Positions 20,352 to 30,180 of a stretch of 46,423 nucleotides of DNA are shown here, one piece after another. The DNA is from Eubacteriales bacterium (GTDB taxonomy: Bacteria > Bacillota > Clostridia > Oscillospirales > SIG627), in assembly GCA_045601445.1 (NCBI GenBank), contig JAZRZQ010000086.1:1-46423 (forward strand), given 5' to 3'. The translations under genes were made by a program, and so were the position numbers. The stretch's first letter is position 1. Each line of letters opens with the position of its first letter. The notes beneath the pieces were generated by a model. That model ran no database searches, was not told where the DNA came from, and saw only the letters and a program-made list of their open reading frames with translations.

Positions 20352-20370
20352 ATCAAAACTCCTTTGCGGA

Positions 20371-21021
20371 TCACAATACTTCATCTACGGCTCGGCGAAC
20401 CCGCTCGCCGATGACCTCGATCGAATCCATCTCACCGCGGTCGTTTACGCAGGAGATGGATTTCCAGCCCCATTTTTCAGCACAGGTCGATGCGGCCAGA
20501 TACGCCTTTTTCAAATGCTCTCGATTTTCGTGAATATCCTTCTTTTCGCCGCGAATATCAATCAGTTCCAAGCTTTTTTCAACGGGAACGCGAAGCAGGA
20601 GCGTCAGATCGGGCGCGGGAAGGCCGAGCTTGAGAAATTCAAAATCGTAAAGCCAGTCCAAAAAAGCATCGTGCTCGGCGGGGGGGAGCTTGGTGAGTTG
20701 ATGGATGGCGTTAGCCGTGGTATAGCGATTGGCGATGATGATCGCGCCGTTGTCGTAATCCTTCTTCCAATCGAGCATAAACGAGGCGAAGCGATCCACG
20801 GCAAAAAAGGTGGAAGCGGCAAAGGAATTGACAGCGTCGGGATCGGAACCGAAGGCACCGCCCAGATACATTTTGACCGGCTCACAGGCGGGGCTTTCAT
20901 AATCGGGGAAGGAGACGAGTCTGACGTTTTTTCCTTCCTTGGAGAGCGCCTCAAACAGACGCTTGGCCTGCGTGTTTTTTCCGCTTCCGTCCAAGCCGTC
21001 AATGACGATCAAAGTTCCCAT
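20371..21021 (-). CDS. Thymidylate kinase family protein (divergent dTMP kinase-like)
   Basis: I use ATG at 21021 (MGTLIVIDGLDGSGKNTQ.., GGGAGGA SD). It has a P-loop GLDGSGK and an NRYTTANAIHQ motif, similar to the Tmk DRY..S..YQ motif. Confidence 0.75.
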   Translation of the reverse strand: MGTLIVIDGLDGSGKNTQAKRLFEALSKEGKNVRLVSFPDYESPACEPVKMYLGGAFGSDPDAVNSFAASTFFAVDRFASFMLDWKKDYDNGAIIIANRYTTANAIHQLTKLPPAEHDAFLDWLYDFEFLKLGLPAPDLTLLLRVPVEKSLELIDIRGEKKDIHENREHLKKAYLAASTCAEKWGWKSISCVNDRGEMDSIEVIGERVRRAVDEVL

Positions 21022-21071
21022 AGCAATCCTCCCGAGCATTTTCGTATAGTTATGCATACTAATATAGAATA

Positions 21072-21100
21072 ATTATAACACATTCAAATCAAAATCACAA
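21072..21100 (-). promoter_or_regulatory. Sigma-A-like promoter for the tmk-like gene string
   Basis: Minus strand: TTGTGA, 17-nt spacer, TATAAT, in the AT-rich divergent spacer. Confidence 0.55.
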
Positions 21101-21140
21101 GGGAAAATACAATACTTTCTGAAAAAAACCGAGCTTTCTC

Positions 21141-21169
21141 TTGCCGAGAGGCAAAAATGGCGCTATAAT
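21141..21169 (+). promoter_or_regulatory. Sigma-A-like promoter for the flavoprotein gene
   Basis: TTGCCG, 17-nt spacer, TATAAT, about 40 nt upstream of ATG 21211. Confidence 0.55.
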
Positions 21170-21210
21170 CAAATAAAAGTCCATTGCATAGCATAATACG
21201 AGGTGAAACA

Positions 21211-21831
21211 ATGAAAGTTATTATGATAAACGGCTCTCCCCACGAATTCGGCTGTACGCACCGTGCGCTGAGTGAAATTGCAAATACGCTAAAAAAAGAA
21301 GGAATCGAAAGTGAAATCCTTTGGCTCGGGATCGACCCGATCGCACCCTGCCGCGCCTGCGCCGCCTGCCGCACGATCGGCAAATGTGCGGTGGACGATA
21401 TCGTCAATCGCATCGCGCCCAAGGTTTTGTCGGCCGACGGACTGATTCTCGGCTCACCCGTTCACTACGCCGCCGCAGGCGGTGCGATCAGCGTTTTCCT
21501 CGACCGATTCTTCTACGCCTACGCCGCGCGCCTTGCGGGAAAGCCCGCTTGCGCGATCACGTCCAGCCGCAGAGGCGGCGCGAGTGCGGCCTTTGACCAG
21601 CTCAACAAATATTTCACCATTGCTTCGATGCCGATCGTTTCGGGGCAATACTGGAATATGGTTCACGGGTCGAACCCCGACGAGGTGGAAAAGGACGGCG
21701 AGGGCTTGCAGACGATGCGCAGCCTCGGACGCAATATGGCTTGGCTGTTGCGCTGTATCGAGGCGGGAAAAAAGGCGGGCGTCTCTTTCCCCGAACAGGA
21801 AGAGCCGATCCGAACCAATTTTATCCGTTAA
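21211..21831 (+). CDS. Flavodoxin-like fold / NADPH-dependent FMN reductase family protein (iron-sulfur flavoprotein-like)
   Basis: I use ATG at 21211 (MKVIMINGSPHEFG.., AGGTGA SD). It has the Cys cluster PCRACAACRTIGKC and the motif GLILGSPVHYAAAGG. Confidence 0.8.
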   Translation: MKVIMINGSPHEFGCTHRALSEIANTLKKEGIESEILWLGIDPIAPCRACAACRTIGKCAVDDIVNRIAPKVLSADGLILGSPVHYAAAGGAISVFLDRFFYAYAARLAGKPACAITSSRRGGASAAFDQLNKYFTIASMPIVSGQYWNMVHGSNPDEVEKDGEGLQTMRSLGRNMAWLLRCIEAGKKAGVSFPEQEEPIRTNFIR

Positions 21832-21849
21832 GAGCTTCATAAAACACAA

Positions 21850-21877
21850 AAAAGCAGTGGAAACACTGCTTTTTTGT
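21850..21877 (+). terminator. Intrinsic terminator after the flavoprotein gene
   Basis: Stem aagcagtg, loop gaaa, stem cactgctt, followed by TTTTTG. Confidence 0.75.
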
Positions 21878-21952
21878 ATGTCCTTATGCCAAACGGGAAA
21901 GAATGTAACAAGAGACGTGAGCATATCCTATCAAAAAAAAGCGAGGGCCGTT

Positions 21953-23005
21953 ATGTCAGAACGCACACGAAAATTCCTGCTGGATCTTTTAATCGGAATC
22001 GCCGTCGGTGCGGTTGCGATCGTTTTGATCCGAAAAACGTTTTTTCTGCTCTTCCCCATTGCCCTCGCTTTTTTATTTTCAGAGCTGATCCGAAAAAGCT
22101 TTCGACGCTTGCGGCCGCTCAATCCGATCGCCAAGCGGATTTTAATCGTACTGATTCTGCTCATCTTTTTTGCGCTCCTCTTTCTGATCGCGCTGATTTT
22201 AGCGGAGCGGGCGATTCGTACAAGCTCCGAGATGGCCGAATGGCTCACGGGAGAATTTGACCACATCATCGCCTTCTGCCGCGGCACGGTCACAAGGCTT
22301 GAAGCAACCGCGGGGCGTCTTCTCGGACGGGAGATGACGGGTAGCATTCTCTCTCAGCTTCCCGTCTTACTCGAAAAGCTTCTGGAGAGCCTTGCGCTGA
22401 AGCTCCCGCAATGGATCGCACGGCTGGTGGGATTTTTCCCGCGCTTTTTGCTCTCGCTTTTTATTTTTCTCATCTCTTGCTATTATTTTTCCTGCGATGC
22501 GGATCGCTTTGCCGGAACCATCCAAAAATACGTTTCCGAGGAAAAGCTCGCCTTTCTTTCCCGCACCAAAAAAAGATTCTGTCGCGCCTTGGGACAGTTT
22601 ACCCGCGCGTATCTCATCCTGTATTTGCTGGTATTTGCTATGCTCTTTCTCGGGCTGATCCTGCTTCGGGTATCAAACGCCGTCGGCTTGGCGGCCACGA
22701 TCGCGCTGGTAGATGCGCTGCCCGTGCTGGGAACGGGGACGGTTCTGATCCCATGGGCCTTGATTGCCTTTCTGACGGGTGAAAGCGCCAGAGCGGGCGG
22801 ACTTTTGCTTTTGTACGCAATCATTTTGGTGACAAGGCAGATCCTCGAGCCGAAGATCGTAGGAGACGCGATCGGTCTGCACCCGATCATCTCGCTTCTG
22901 CTTGTGATCTCCGGCCTGAGCTTTTTCGGCCTTGCGGGAATGATCCTGCTGCCTTTGGGCGGCGTTTGCATCGCCAAGGCTCTCGAAGAGGAGAACAAAG
23001 GATAA
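21953..23005 (+). CDS. AI-2E family transporter / sporulation integral membrane protein YtvI-like
   Basis: I use ATG at 21953 (MSERTRKFLLDLLIGIAVG..). The 507-aa track ORF merely extends through the upstream gene and spacer. The protein has multiple TM segments and the conserved motif ILEPKIVGDAIGLHP. Confidence 0.8.
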   Translation: MSERTRKFLLDLLIGIAVGAVAIVLIRKTFFLLFPIALAFLFSELIRKSFRRLRPLNPIAKRILIVLILLIFFALLFLIALILAERAIRTSSEMAEWLTGEFDHIIAFCRGTVTRLEATAGRLLGREMTGSILSQLPVLLEKLLESLALKLPQWIARLVGFFPRFLLSLFIFLISCYYFSCDADRFAGTIQKYVSEEKLAFLSRTKKRFCRALGQFTRAYLILYLLVFAMLFLGLILLRVSNAVGLAATIALVDALPVLGTGTVLIPWALIAFLTGESARAGGLLLLYAIILVTRQILEPKIVGDAIGLHPIISLLLVISGLSFFGLAGMILLPLGGVCIAKALEEENKG

Positions 23006-23007
23006 AA

Positions 23008-23042
23008 AAAGAACCTCTCGTCTGTGACGAGAGGCTTTTTCT
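23008..23042. terminator. Bidirectional intrinsic terminator (ytvI-like gene and rpmB converge here)
   Basis: Stem cctctcgtc/gacgagagg flanked by an A-run on the left and a T-run on the right, so it carries a U-tract on both strands. Confidence 0.8.
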
Positions 23043-23043
23043 T

Positions 23044-23229
23044 TTAAACGCGTTCCACCTTGCCCGAGCGCAGGCAGTGAGCGCAAACGTAAACGCGGGT
23101 GTGCGTTCCGTTGACAACTGCTCTGACCTTCTTTACGTTGGGCTTCCAAGCATGGTTGGTTCTTCTGTGGGAATGGGATACTCTCTGTCCGAAAGATACG
23201 CCCTTTCCGCAAATTTCACACTTTGCCAT
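23044..23229 (-). CDS. rpmB: 50S ribosomal protein L28
   Basis: 61 aa: MAKCEICGKGVSFGQRVSHSHRRTNHAWKPNVKKV.. Confidence 0.95.
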   Translation of the reverse strand: MAKCEICGKGVSFGQRVSHSHRRTNHAWKPNVKKVRAVVNGTHTRVYVCAHCLRSGKVERV

Positions 23230-23261
23230 AATTTACCTCCAAAAGCGCTGTGCGCCGTAAC

Positions 23262-23678
23262 TTAATTGCCTGCAGTCTGAGTCTCTGCAGTCTGAGTTTC
23301 AGCCGTCGCGGTTTCTGCCGTGGCGGTTTCCTGTTCACCGGTAGCGGTTTGAGTCTGGGTCTGCTGCTGAGTCTGCTGAGTATTGCCGGACGAAGATCCG
23401 CTACCCGCAGAGCCGGACACATCATTGTTTGCCTGCGCGCCCTGCAGGATATAAACCAGCAGTACAAGCACAGCAAAGATGATCGAAACGACCGTGGTCA
23501 CCTTGGACAGCATACGGTCAATGGTCTTGCCCTTGGTCTTGCCGAAAAAGGTTTCGGCTCCGCCGGCGATCGAACCGGAAAGACGGTTATCTTTTCCGCT
23601 CTGCATCAAAACGGCAACGACCAAAAAGATCGACATTGCGATCATAAGACTGCAAAGAACGGTAATCAATACATCCAT
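23262..23678 (-). CDS. secG: Preprotein translocase subunit SecG with a T/Q/E/A-rich repetitive C-terminal extension
   Basis: 138 aa. The first ~80 aa are a typical SecG (two TM segments, LMQSGKDNRLSGSIAGG). The C-terminal ~55 aa are low complexity (TQQQTQTQTATGEQETATAETATAETQTAETQTAGN). Confidence 0.85.
   Translation of the reverse strand: MDVLITVLCSLMIAMSIFLVVAVLMQSGKDNRLSGSIAGGAETFFGKTKGKTIDRMLSKVTTVVSIIFAVLVLLVYILQGAQANNDVSGSAGSGSSSGNTQQTQQQTQTQTATGEQETATAETATAETQTAETQTAGN
23271..23330. repeat. Four tandem 15-nt units inside the secG 3' end
   Basis: The units are tgcagtctgagtctc, tgcagtctgagtttc, agccgtcgcggtttc and tgccgtggcggtttc. They are in frame and encode E-T-(Q/A)-T-A pentapeptides. 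Confidence 0.8.
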
Positions 23679-23699
23679 ATTCCTACTCCTTGGGCGAAA

Positions 23700-23939
23700 T
23701 TAGTCGCTGATATAGGGAAGGATCGCGATCTGGCGAGCGCGCTTGATCGCAGTGGTAAGCTCTCTCTGATGCTTGGCACAGGTACCGGTGATTCTTCTGG
23801 GAAGAATCTTGGAGCGCTCGGAAACGAACTTGCGGAGTTTGGCGGCGTCCTTGTAATCGATCTGAGCTACTTTTTCAGCGCAGAATGCGCAAACTTTTTT
23901 CTTTCTCTTGGGTCTGAAAGTCTTTTGTTCCTTATCCAT
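23700..23939 (-). CDS. rpsR: 30S ribosomal protein S18
   Basis: 79 aa. It contains [33 protein letters not shown]. Confidence 0.95.
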   Translation of the reverse strand: MDKEQKTFRPKRKKKVCAFCAEKVAQIDYKDAAKLRKFVSERSKILPRRITGTCAKHQRELTTAIKRARQIAILPYISD

Positions 23940-23962
23940 TTGTCTTTTCCTCCGTAAATTGA

Positions 23963-24397
23963 TTAAAAGGGAAGATCGTCGTCTGTGCTCATTTCTTCAA
24001 AGGCGACGTCCTTCGGGCTTGCTCCGTAGGGAGCGGGGGTAGCACCGGCTACGGGTGCACCGTCATTCTTCTTTTCCACAAAGTGTGCTTCATCGGCAAC
24101 CACTTCGGTGACATAGCGCTTCTGATCGTTTTGATCGGTCCAGGATCTGGTCTGAATGGAGCCGACGATCAGGATGCTCTTGCCTTTCTGGAAATATTTA
24201 GTGATAAATTCCGCAGTATTGCGCCATGCAACGATGTTGATGAAGTCAGCCTGCGGGCCGTTCTCGGAATTCTTGGAAGAATATCTTCTCGAAACGGCGA
24301 TGGTGAACGAGGTGACGGAAATTCCGCTTTGGGTCTGCTTGAGCTCCGGATCGGCGGTCAGGTTGCCGATCAGGATGACTTTGTTGAAGGCAGCCAT
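23963..24397 (-). CDS. ssb: Single-stranded DNA-binding protein
   Basis: 144 aa. It has an OB-fold N-terminus ([16 protein letters not shown]) and the acidic tail DDDLPF. Confidence 0.95.
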   Translation of the reverse strand: MAAFNKVILIGNLTADPELKQTQSGISVTSFTIAVSRRYSSKNSENGPQADFINIVAWRNTAEFITKYFQKGKSILIVGSIQTRSWTDQNDQKRYVTEVVADEAHFVEKKNDGAPVAGATPAPYGASPKDVAFEEMSTDDDLPF

Positions 24398-24413
24398 AAT
24401 TCCCTCTCCTTAC

Positions 24414-24710
24414 TTATGCGTCCACGCGCACGGTCATGGAACGAAGAATACCCTCGGTGATCTTGAATACTCTTTCAAGCTCTACGGGGAAATCACGGTC
24501 AGCGGTATACTGCATAACCATGTAGTAGCCGTCGTTGACGTCGTCAATCGGATAAGCAAGTCTTCTCTTGCCCCATTCGTCGACGTTTTCCACGACTGCG
24601 TTCTTCTCGATCATACCCTTGAATTTAGCGACGAGTTCCTGAACCTTCTCTTCGCCAAGCTCGGTATTCACGATGAAAACGGTTTCATATTTGCCCTTCA
24701 GTTTTTCCAT
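24414..24710 (-). CDS. rpsF: 30S ribosomal protein S6
   Basis: I use ATG at 24710 (MEKLKGKYETVFIV.., AAAGGAGG SD 8 nt upstream). The longer track ORF start lies in the leader. Confidence 0.93.
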   Translation of the reverse strand: MEKLKGKYETVFIVNTELGEEKVQELVAKFKGMIEKNAVVENVDEWGKRRLAYPIDDVNDGYYMVMQYTADRDFPVELERVFKITEGILRSMTVRVDA

Positions 24711-24795
24711 TATGTTTACCTCCTTTTGGACATAAGCCTTCCTTGCGGGAAGGAAGAAGCACGGCATGAAAAAATTTACCGTGACACATCAAGAA

Positions 24796-24824
24796 ATTAT
24801 ACACATAGCGAGCCTGTTTGTCAA
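24796..24824 (-). promoter_or_regulatory. Consensus sigma-A promoter for the rpsF-ssb-rpsR-secG-rpmB string
   Basis: Minus strand: TTGACA, 17-nt spacer, TATAAT (a perfect consensus), with an A/T-rich upstream region. The predicted leader is about 80 nt. Confidence 0.75.
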
Positions 24825-24866
24825 GAAGATTTGCACAAACTTTTTCATTTTTTCTGTTCCAATCGC

Positions 24867-24893
24867 ACAAAAAAACGCGCCGAAGCGCGTTTT
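24867..24893 (-). terminator. Intrinsic terminator after rarA
   Basis: Stem acgcgc, loop cgaa, stem gcgcgt, flanked by A7 and T6. The rarA stop codon sits in the flanking run. Confidence 0.75.
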
Positions 24894-26144
24894 TTATTCT
24901 TTGTTGCCGCGAATCTTCTGCCAATAGGCCTTGGCAGCCTGCTCGCTCTTGTTATCCCCGAATTCGTAATAGCGGCGATGGGCCAGATCCTTGGGCAGAT
25001 ACTGCCGATCGACCCAATGGTTGGGATAGTCGTGGGGATAAAGATAAGGCTCTTTTTTTTCGCCCTCTCCGAAGAAGTGGTTGTTCTTCAAAAAGGAAGG
25101 CATATCCCGTCCCAAGCCGCGTTCCAGATCCTCCTTGGCGGCGGCATACGCCAAATACGCCGAATTGGATTTGGGGCTGGTAGCCAAGAGAACGGTTGCG
25201 TGGACGAGGGGAATGCGTGCTTCGGGCATTCCGAGCATCAGGGCGGAATCAACACAGCTTTTGACGATGACGGCTGCCTGCGAATAGGCAAGGCCGACGT
25301 CCTCCGAGGCGATGACCATCAAGCGGCGGCAAGCCCCTTGCAGATCGCCCGATTCGAGAAGCTTTGCCAAATAAAAGACGGCGGCATTCTCGTCGCTCCC
25401 GCGGATGGATTTCTGCAGGGCGGACAGAAGCTCGTATTTATCGTCTCCGTTGCGATCGTACGCGGCCAGATTCCTCTGCCCCGCGCGGACGGCGTCCTCC
25501 ACGGTGATAACGTCATCGGCGACGTAGTAGCAAAGCTCAAGAAAATTGAGCGAGGCGCGCACGTCACCGCCGCAATGGGAAGCAATATAAGAAAGTGCCT
25601 CGGGATCGGCGCTTTTCTCCTGTCCGGATTCGGCATTGAGCTGCAGCAGCGCCCGTTCGAGATTCTTTTGAATCTCAGCGGGCAAAAGCTCCTTGAACTC
25701 AAACACCGCACAGCGGGAGAGAATGGCCTTGTAAACGTAAAAATAAGGGTTTTCGGTGGTGGAAGCAATGAGGGTGACTCTGCCGTCCTCAATGTACTCC
25801 AACAGGGTCTGCTGCTGTTTTTTGTTCAGATACTGGATCTCGTCCAAATACAGCAGAATGCCGCCGATTCCCGCAAGCCCCTCGGTCTCGGCAAGAACCT
25901 CCTTGATGTCCTTGCCCGCCGCAACAGTTGCGTTGAGCTTGCGAAACGGAAGTCCCGCCGACTCGGCGATGAGATTGGCGACGGTGGTTTTTCCGACACC
26001 GCTCGGGCCGTAAAAGATCATATTGGTCAGCTTGCCCGCCTCCAAAAGGCGCTTCAGCGGGCCCTTCTGCCCCAAAATATGCTCCTGACCGCAGACCTCG
26101 GAGAAATCGCGAGGGCGGATTCGCTCGGCGAGCGGAATATTCAT
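24894..26144 (-). CDS. rarA: Replication-associated recombination protein A (RarA/MgsA AAA+ ATPase)
   Basis: 416 aa. It contains LAERIRPRDFSEVCGQEHILG, the Walker A motif GPSGVGKTT and the MgsA C-terminal domain. Its start overlaps the asd stop (ATGA). Confidence 0.93.
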   Translation of the reverse strand: MNIPLAERIRPRDFSEVCGQEHILGQKGPLKRLLEAGKLTNMIFYGPSGVGKTTVANLIAESAGLPFRKLNATVAAGKDIKEVLAETEGLAGIGGILLYLDEIQYLNKKQQQTLLEYIEDGRVTLIASTTENPYFYVYKAILSRCAVFEFKELLPAEIQKNLERALLQLNAESGQEKSADPEALSYIASHCGGDVRASLNFLELCYYVADDVITVEDAVRAGQRNLAAYDRNGDDKYELLSALQKSIRGSDENAAVFYLAKLLESGDLQGACRRLMVIASEDVGLAYSQAAVIVKSCVDSALMLGMPEARIPLVHATVLLATSPKSNSAYLAYAAAKEDLERGLGRDMPSFLKNNHFFGEGEKKEPYLYPHDYPNHWVDRQYLPKDLAHRRYYEFGDNKSEQAAKAYWQKIRGNKE

Positions 26145-27220
26145 CGATCGAAGAAGCCGAGACGGAAGAGCAGCTCGGCAACCTCGACGGCGCCGCCTGC
26201 GGCACCGCGCAGGGTGTTGTGAGACAGGCCGACAAATTTATAATCGTAGATCGGGTCCTCGCGCAGTCTGCCCGCACAGATGCCCATACCGTTTTCGGTC
26301 ATACGGTCCACGCCCGTCTGGGGATGGTTTTCATCCTCAAAATAGGTGATGAACTGCTTGGGGGCGCTGGGAAGCTCCAATTCCTGCGGAAGGGAGCGGT
26401 ACTCCTTCCAGGCCTTGAGGATCTGCTCGCGGGTGGGCTTCTTTTTGAAGCGGATGAAGGTGGCGGCCATGTGACCGTCCGAGCAAGGAACGCGCAGGCA
26501 CTGCGCGCTGATGGTGAGCGAGGTGAGATTTTCCACGCCCGTCTCGCCAACCTTGCCCCAGATCTTCAGGGGTTCTTTTTCGCTCTTTTCCTCTTCCCCG
26601 CCGATGTGAGGGATGATGTTGTCGATCATCTCGGGCCATTCCTTAAAGGTCTTGCCCGCGCCGGAGATGGCCTGATAGGTGGTAACGAATACCTCGGTCG
26701 GCTCAAACTCCATCAAGGGAGCAATCAGAGGAACGTAGCTCTGGATCGAGCAGTTGGGCTTTGAGGCGATAAAGCCGCGCTTTGTACCGAGACGCTTTCT
26801 TTGAAGAGCGATCAGGTCGGTGTGGTGAGGGTTGACCTCGGGGATCATCATCGGAACGTCAGAGACCATACGGTTGGCGCTGTTGGCCGATACCACGGGA
26901 ATTTCTGCCTTGGCAAGAGCCTCCTCGTAAAGACGGGTCTCCTCCTTGGGCATATTGACCGCACAAAACACCATATCCACGCTCTCGGCGATGCGGGAGA
27001 TCTCCGCGGCGTCGTAGACGGGCATAGCGGCAACGGTCTCGGAGAGCGGAGCGGCCATTTTCCAGCGGCCCTCGACGCTTTCGCCGTAGCTTCTGCCTGC
27101 CGAGCGGGCGCTGGCGTAAAGCCCTGCGATTTCAAAATAAGGGTGGTTTTCAAGCAAGGTAATAAATCTTTGGCCGACCATACCGGTCGCGCCGATAATA
27201 CCGACTTTGATGCGATTCAT
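26141..27220 (-). CDS. asd: Aspartate-semialdehyde dehydrogenase
   Basis: 359 aa. It has the NAD-binding motif GIIGATGMVGQRF and the active-site region SKPNCSIQ. Confidence 0.93.
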   Translation of the reverse strand: MNRIKVGIIGATGMVGQRFITLLENHPYFEIAGLYASARSAGRSYGESVEGRWKMAAPLSETVAAMPVYDAAEISRIAESVDMVFCAVNMPKEETRLYEEALAKAEIPVVSANSANRMVSDVPMMIPEVNPHHTDLIALQRKRLGTKRGFIASKPNCSIQSYVPLIAPLMEFEPTEVFVTTYQAISGAGKTFKEWPEMIDNIIPHIGGEEEKSEKEPLKIWGKVGETGVENLTSLTISAQCLRVPCSDGHMAATFIRFKKKPTREQILKAWKEYRSLPQELELPSAPKQFITYFEDENHPQTGVDRMTENGMGICAGRLREDPIYDYKFVGLSHNTLRGAAGGAVEVAELLFRLGFFDR

Positions 27221-27254
27221 ACAGTACCTCCGTAATCGAATGGATATTTGTTTC

Positions 27255-27301
27255 TAAAATATACAAAAGCCAATTCCTCCCACGATGTGGTCGGAATTGG
27301 C
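27255..27301 (-). terminator. Intrinsic terminator between rpsU and asd
   Basis: Minus strand: stem gccaauucc/ggaauuggc with an inner ccac/gugg stem, followed by UUUUGUAUAUUUU. It ends about 35 nt before the asd ATG. Confidence 0.7.
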
Positions 27302-27367
27302 ATCACTTCCTGCCGGTCAGGCAAGAACGGTGAAGGACTCCACCGTGTTTGCGCTATCCTGCAAAGC

Positions 27368-27544
27368 TTATTTGTACTTGCGCTTTCTTGCAGCTTCAGA
27401 CTTCTTCTTGCGCTTTACGCTGGGCTTTTCATAGCACTCGCGCTTACGAAGCTCGCTTAATACACCACTTCTGGCGCACTGGCGCTTAAATCTGCGAATA
27501 GCACTGTCGAGCGATTCGTTTTCTTTAACTCTAACTTCTGCCAT
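27368..27544 (-). CDS. rpsU: 30S ribosomal protein S21
   Basis: I use ATG at 27544 ([22 protein letters not shown].., GGGAGGG SD). The protein is 58 aa. Confidence 0.95.
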   Translation of the reverse strand: MAEVRVKENESLDSAIRRFKRQCARSGVLSELRKRECYEKPSVKRKKKSEAARKRKYK

Positions 27545-27608
27545 CTTTTTCCCTCCCTTTGCACTTAGCGAAGAGATAAAACAAAACCAGTCTTCACGAC
27601 TAACGATT

Positions 27609-27637
27609 ATTATACTCAAAACGATAGCGGATGTCAA
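27609..27637 (-). promoter_or_regulatory. Consensus sigma-A promoter for rpsU
   Basis: Minus strand: TTGACA, 17-nt spacer, TATAAT (a perfect consensus), preceded by an A/T-rich UP-like tract. Confidence 0.75.
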
Positions 27638-27682
27638 TGACTTTTTTCTTTTTTTTGGAAAAAACCTTCATTTACGTGCGGC

Positions 27683-27741
27683 AAAAGCAAAAAAGGAAGT
27701 AGGAAAACGCAAAGGAGCGTGTTTCTTCCGCGCGTTTTCTC
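27683..27741 (-). terminator. Probable intrinsic terminator after leuS
   Basis: There are two alternative stems on the minus strand: GAAAACGC/GCGUUUUC, or GGAAG..CUUCC directly followed by UUUUUUGCUUUUG. The region starts about 18 nt after the leuS stop. Confidence 0.55.
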
Positions 27742-27758
27742 AAGACTGCCACAAGAGA

Positions 27759-30161
<2,403 letters not shown>

Positions 30162-30180
30162 AGTATTGATCCTCGGTTTC

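Noticed and set aside
21832-21952. A possible sporulation-sigma promoter upstream of the ytvI-like gene.
   Set aside because: I could not find a convincing SigE/SigF/SigG or sigma-A hexamer pair with proper spacing, so no promoter is reported.
27300-27360. SRP (4.5S/scRNA)-like sequence on the plus strand (ggtcagg...gaagga) between asd and rpsU.
   Set aside because: The conserved domain IV signature (GUCAGGUCCGGAAGGAAGCAGC with a GGAA tetraloop) is not present. The resemblance is limited to short purine runs, and the region is too short for an SRP RNA.
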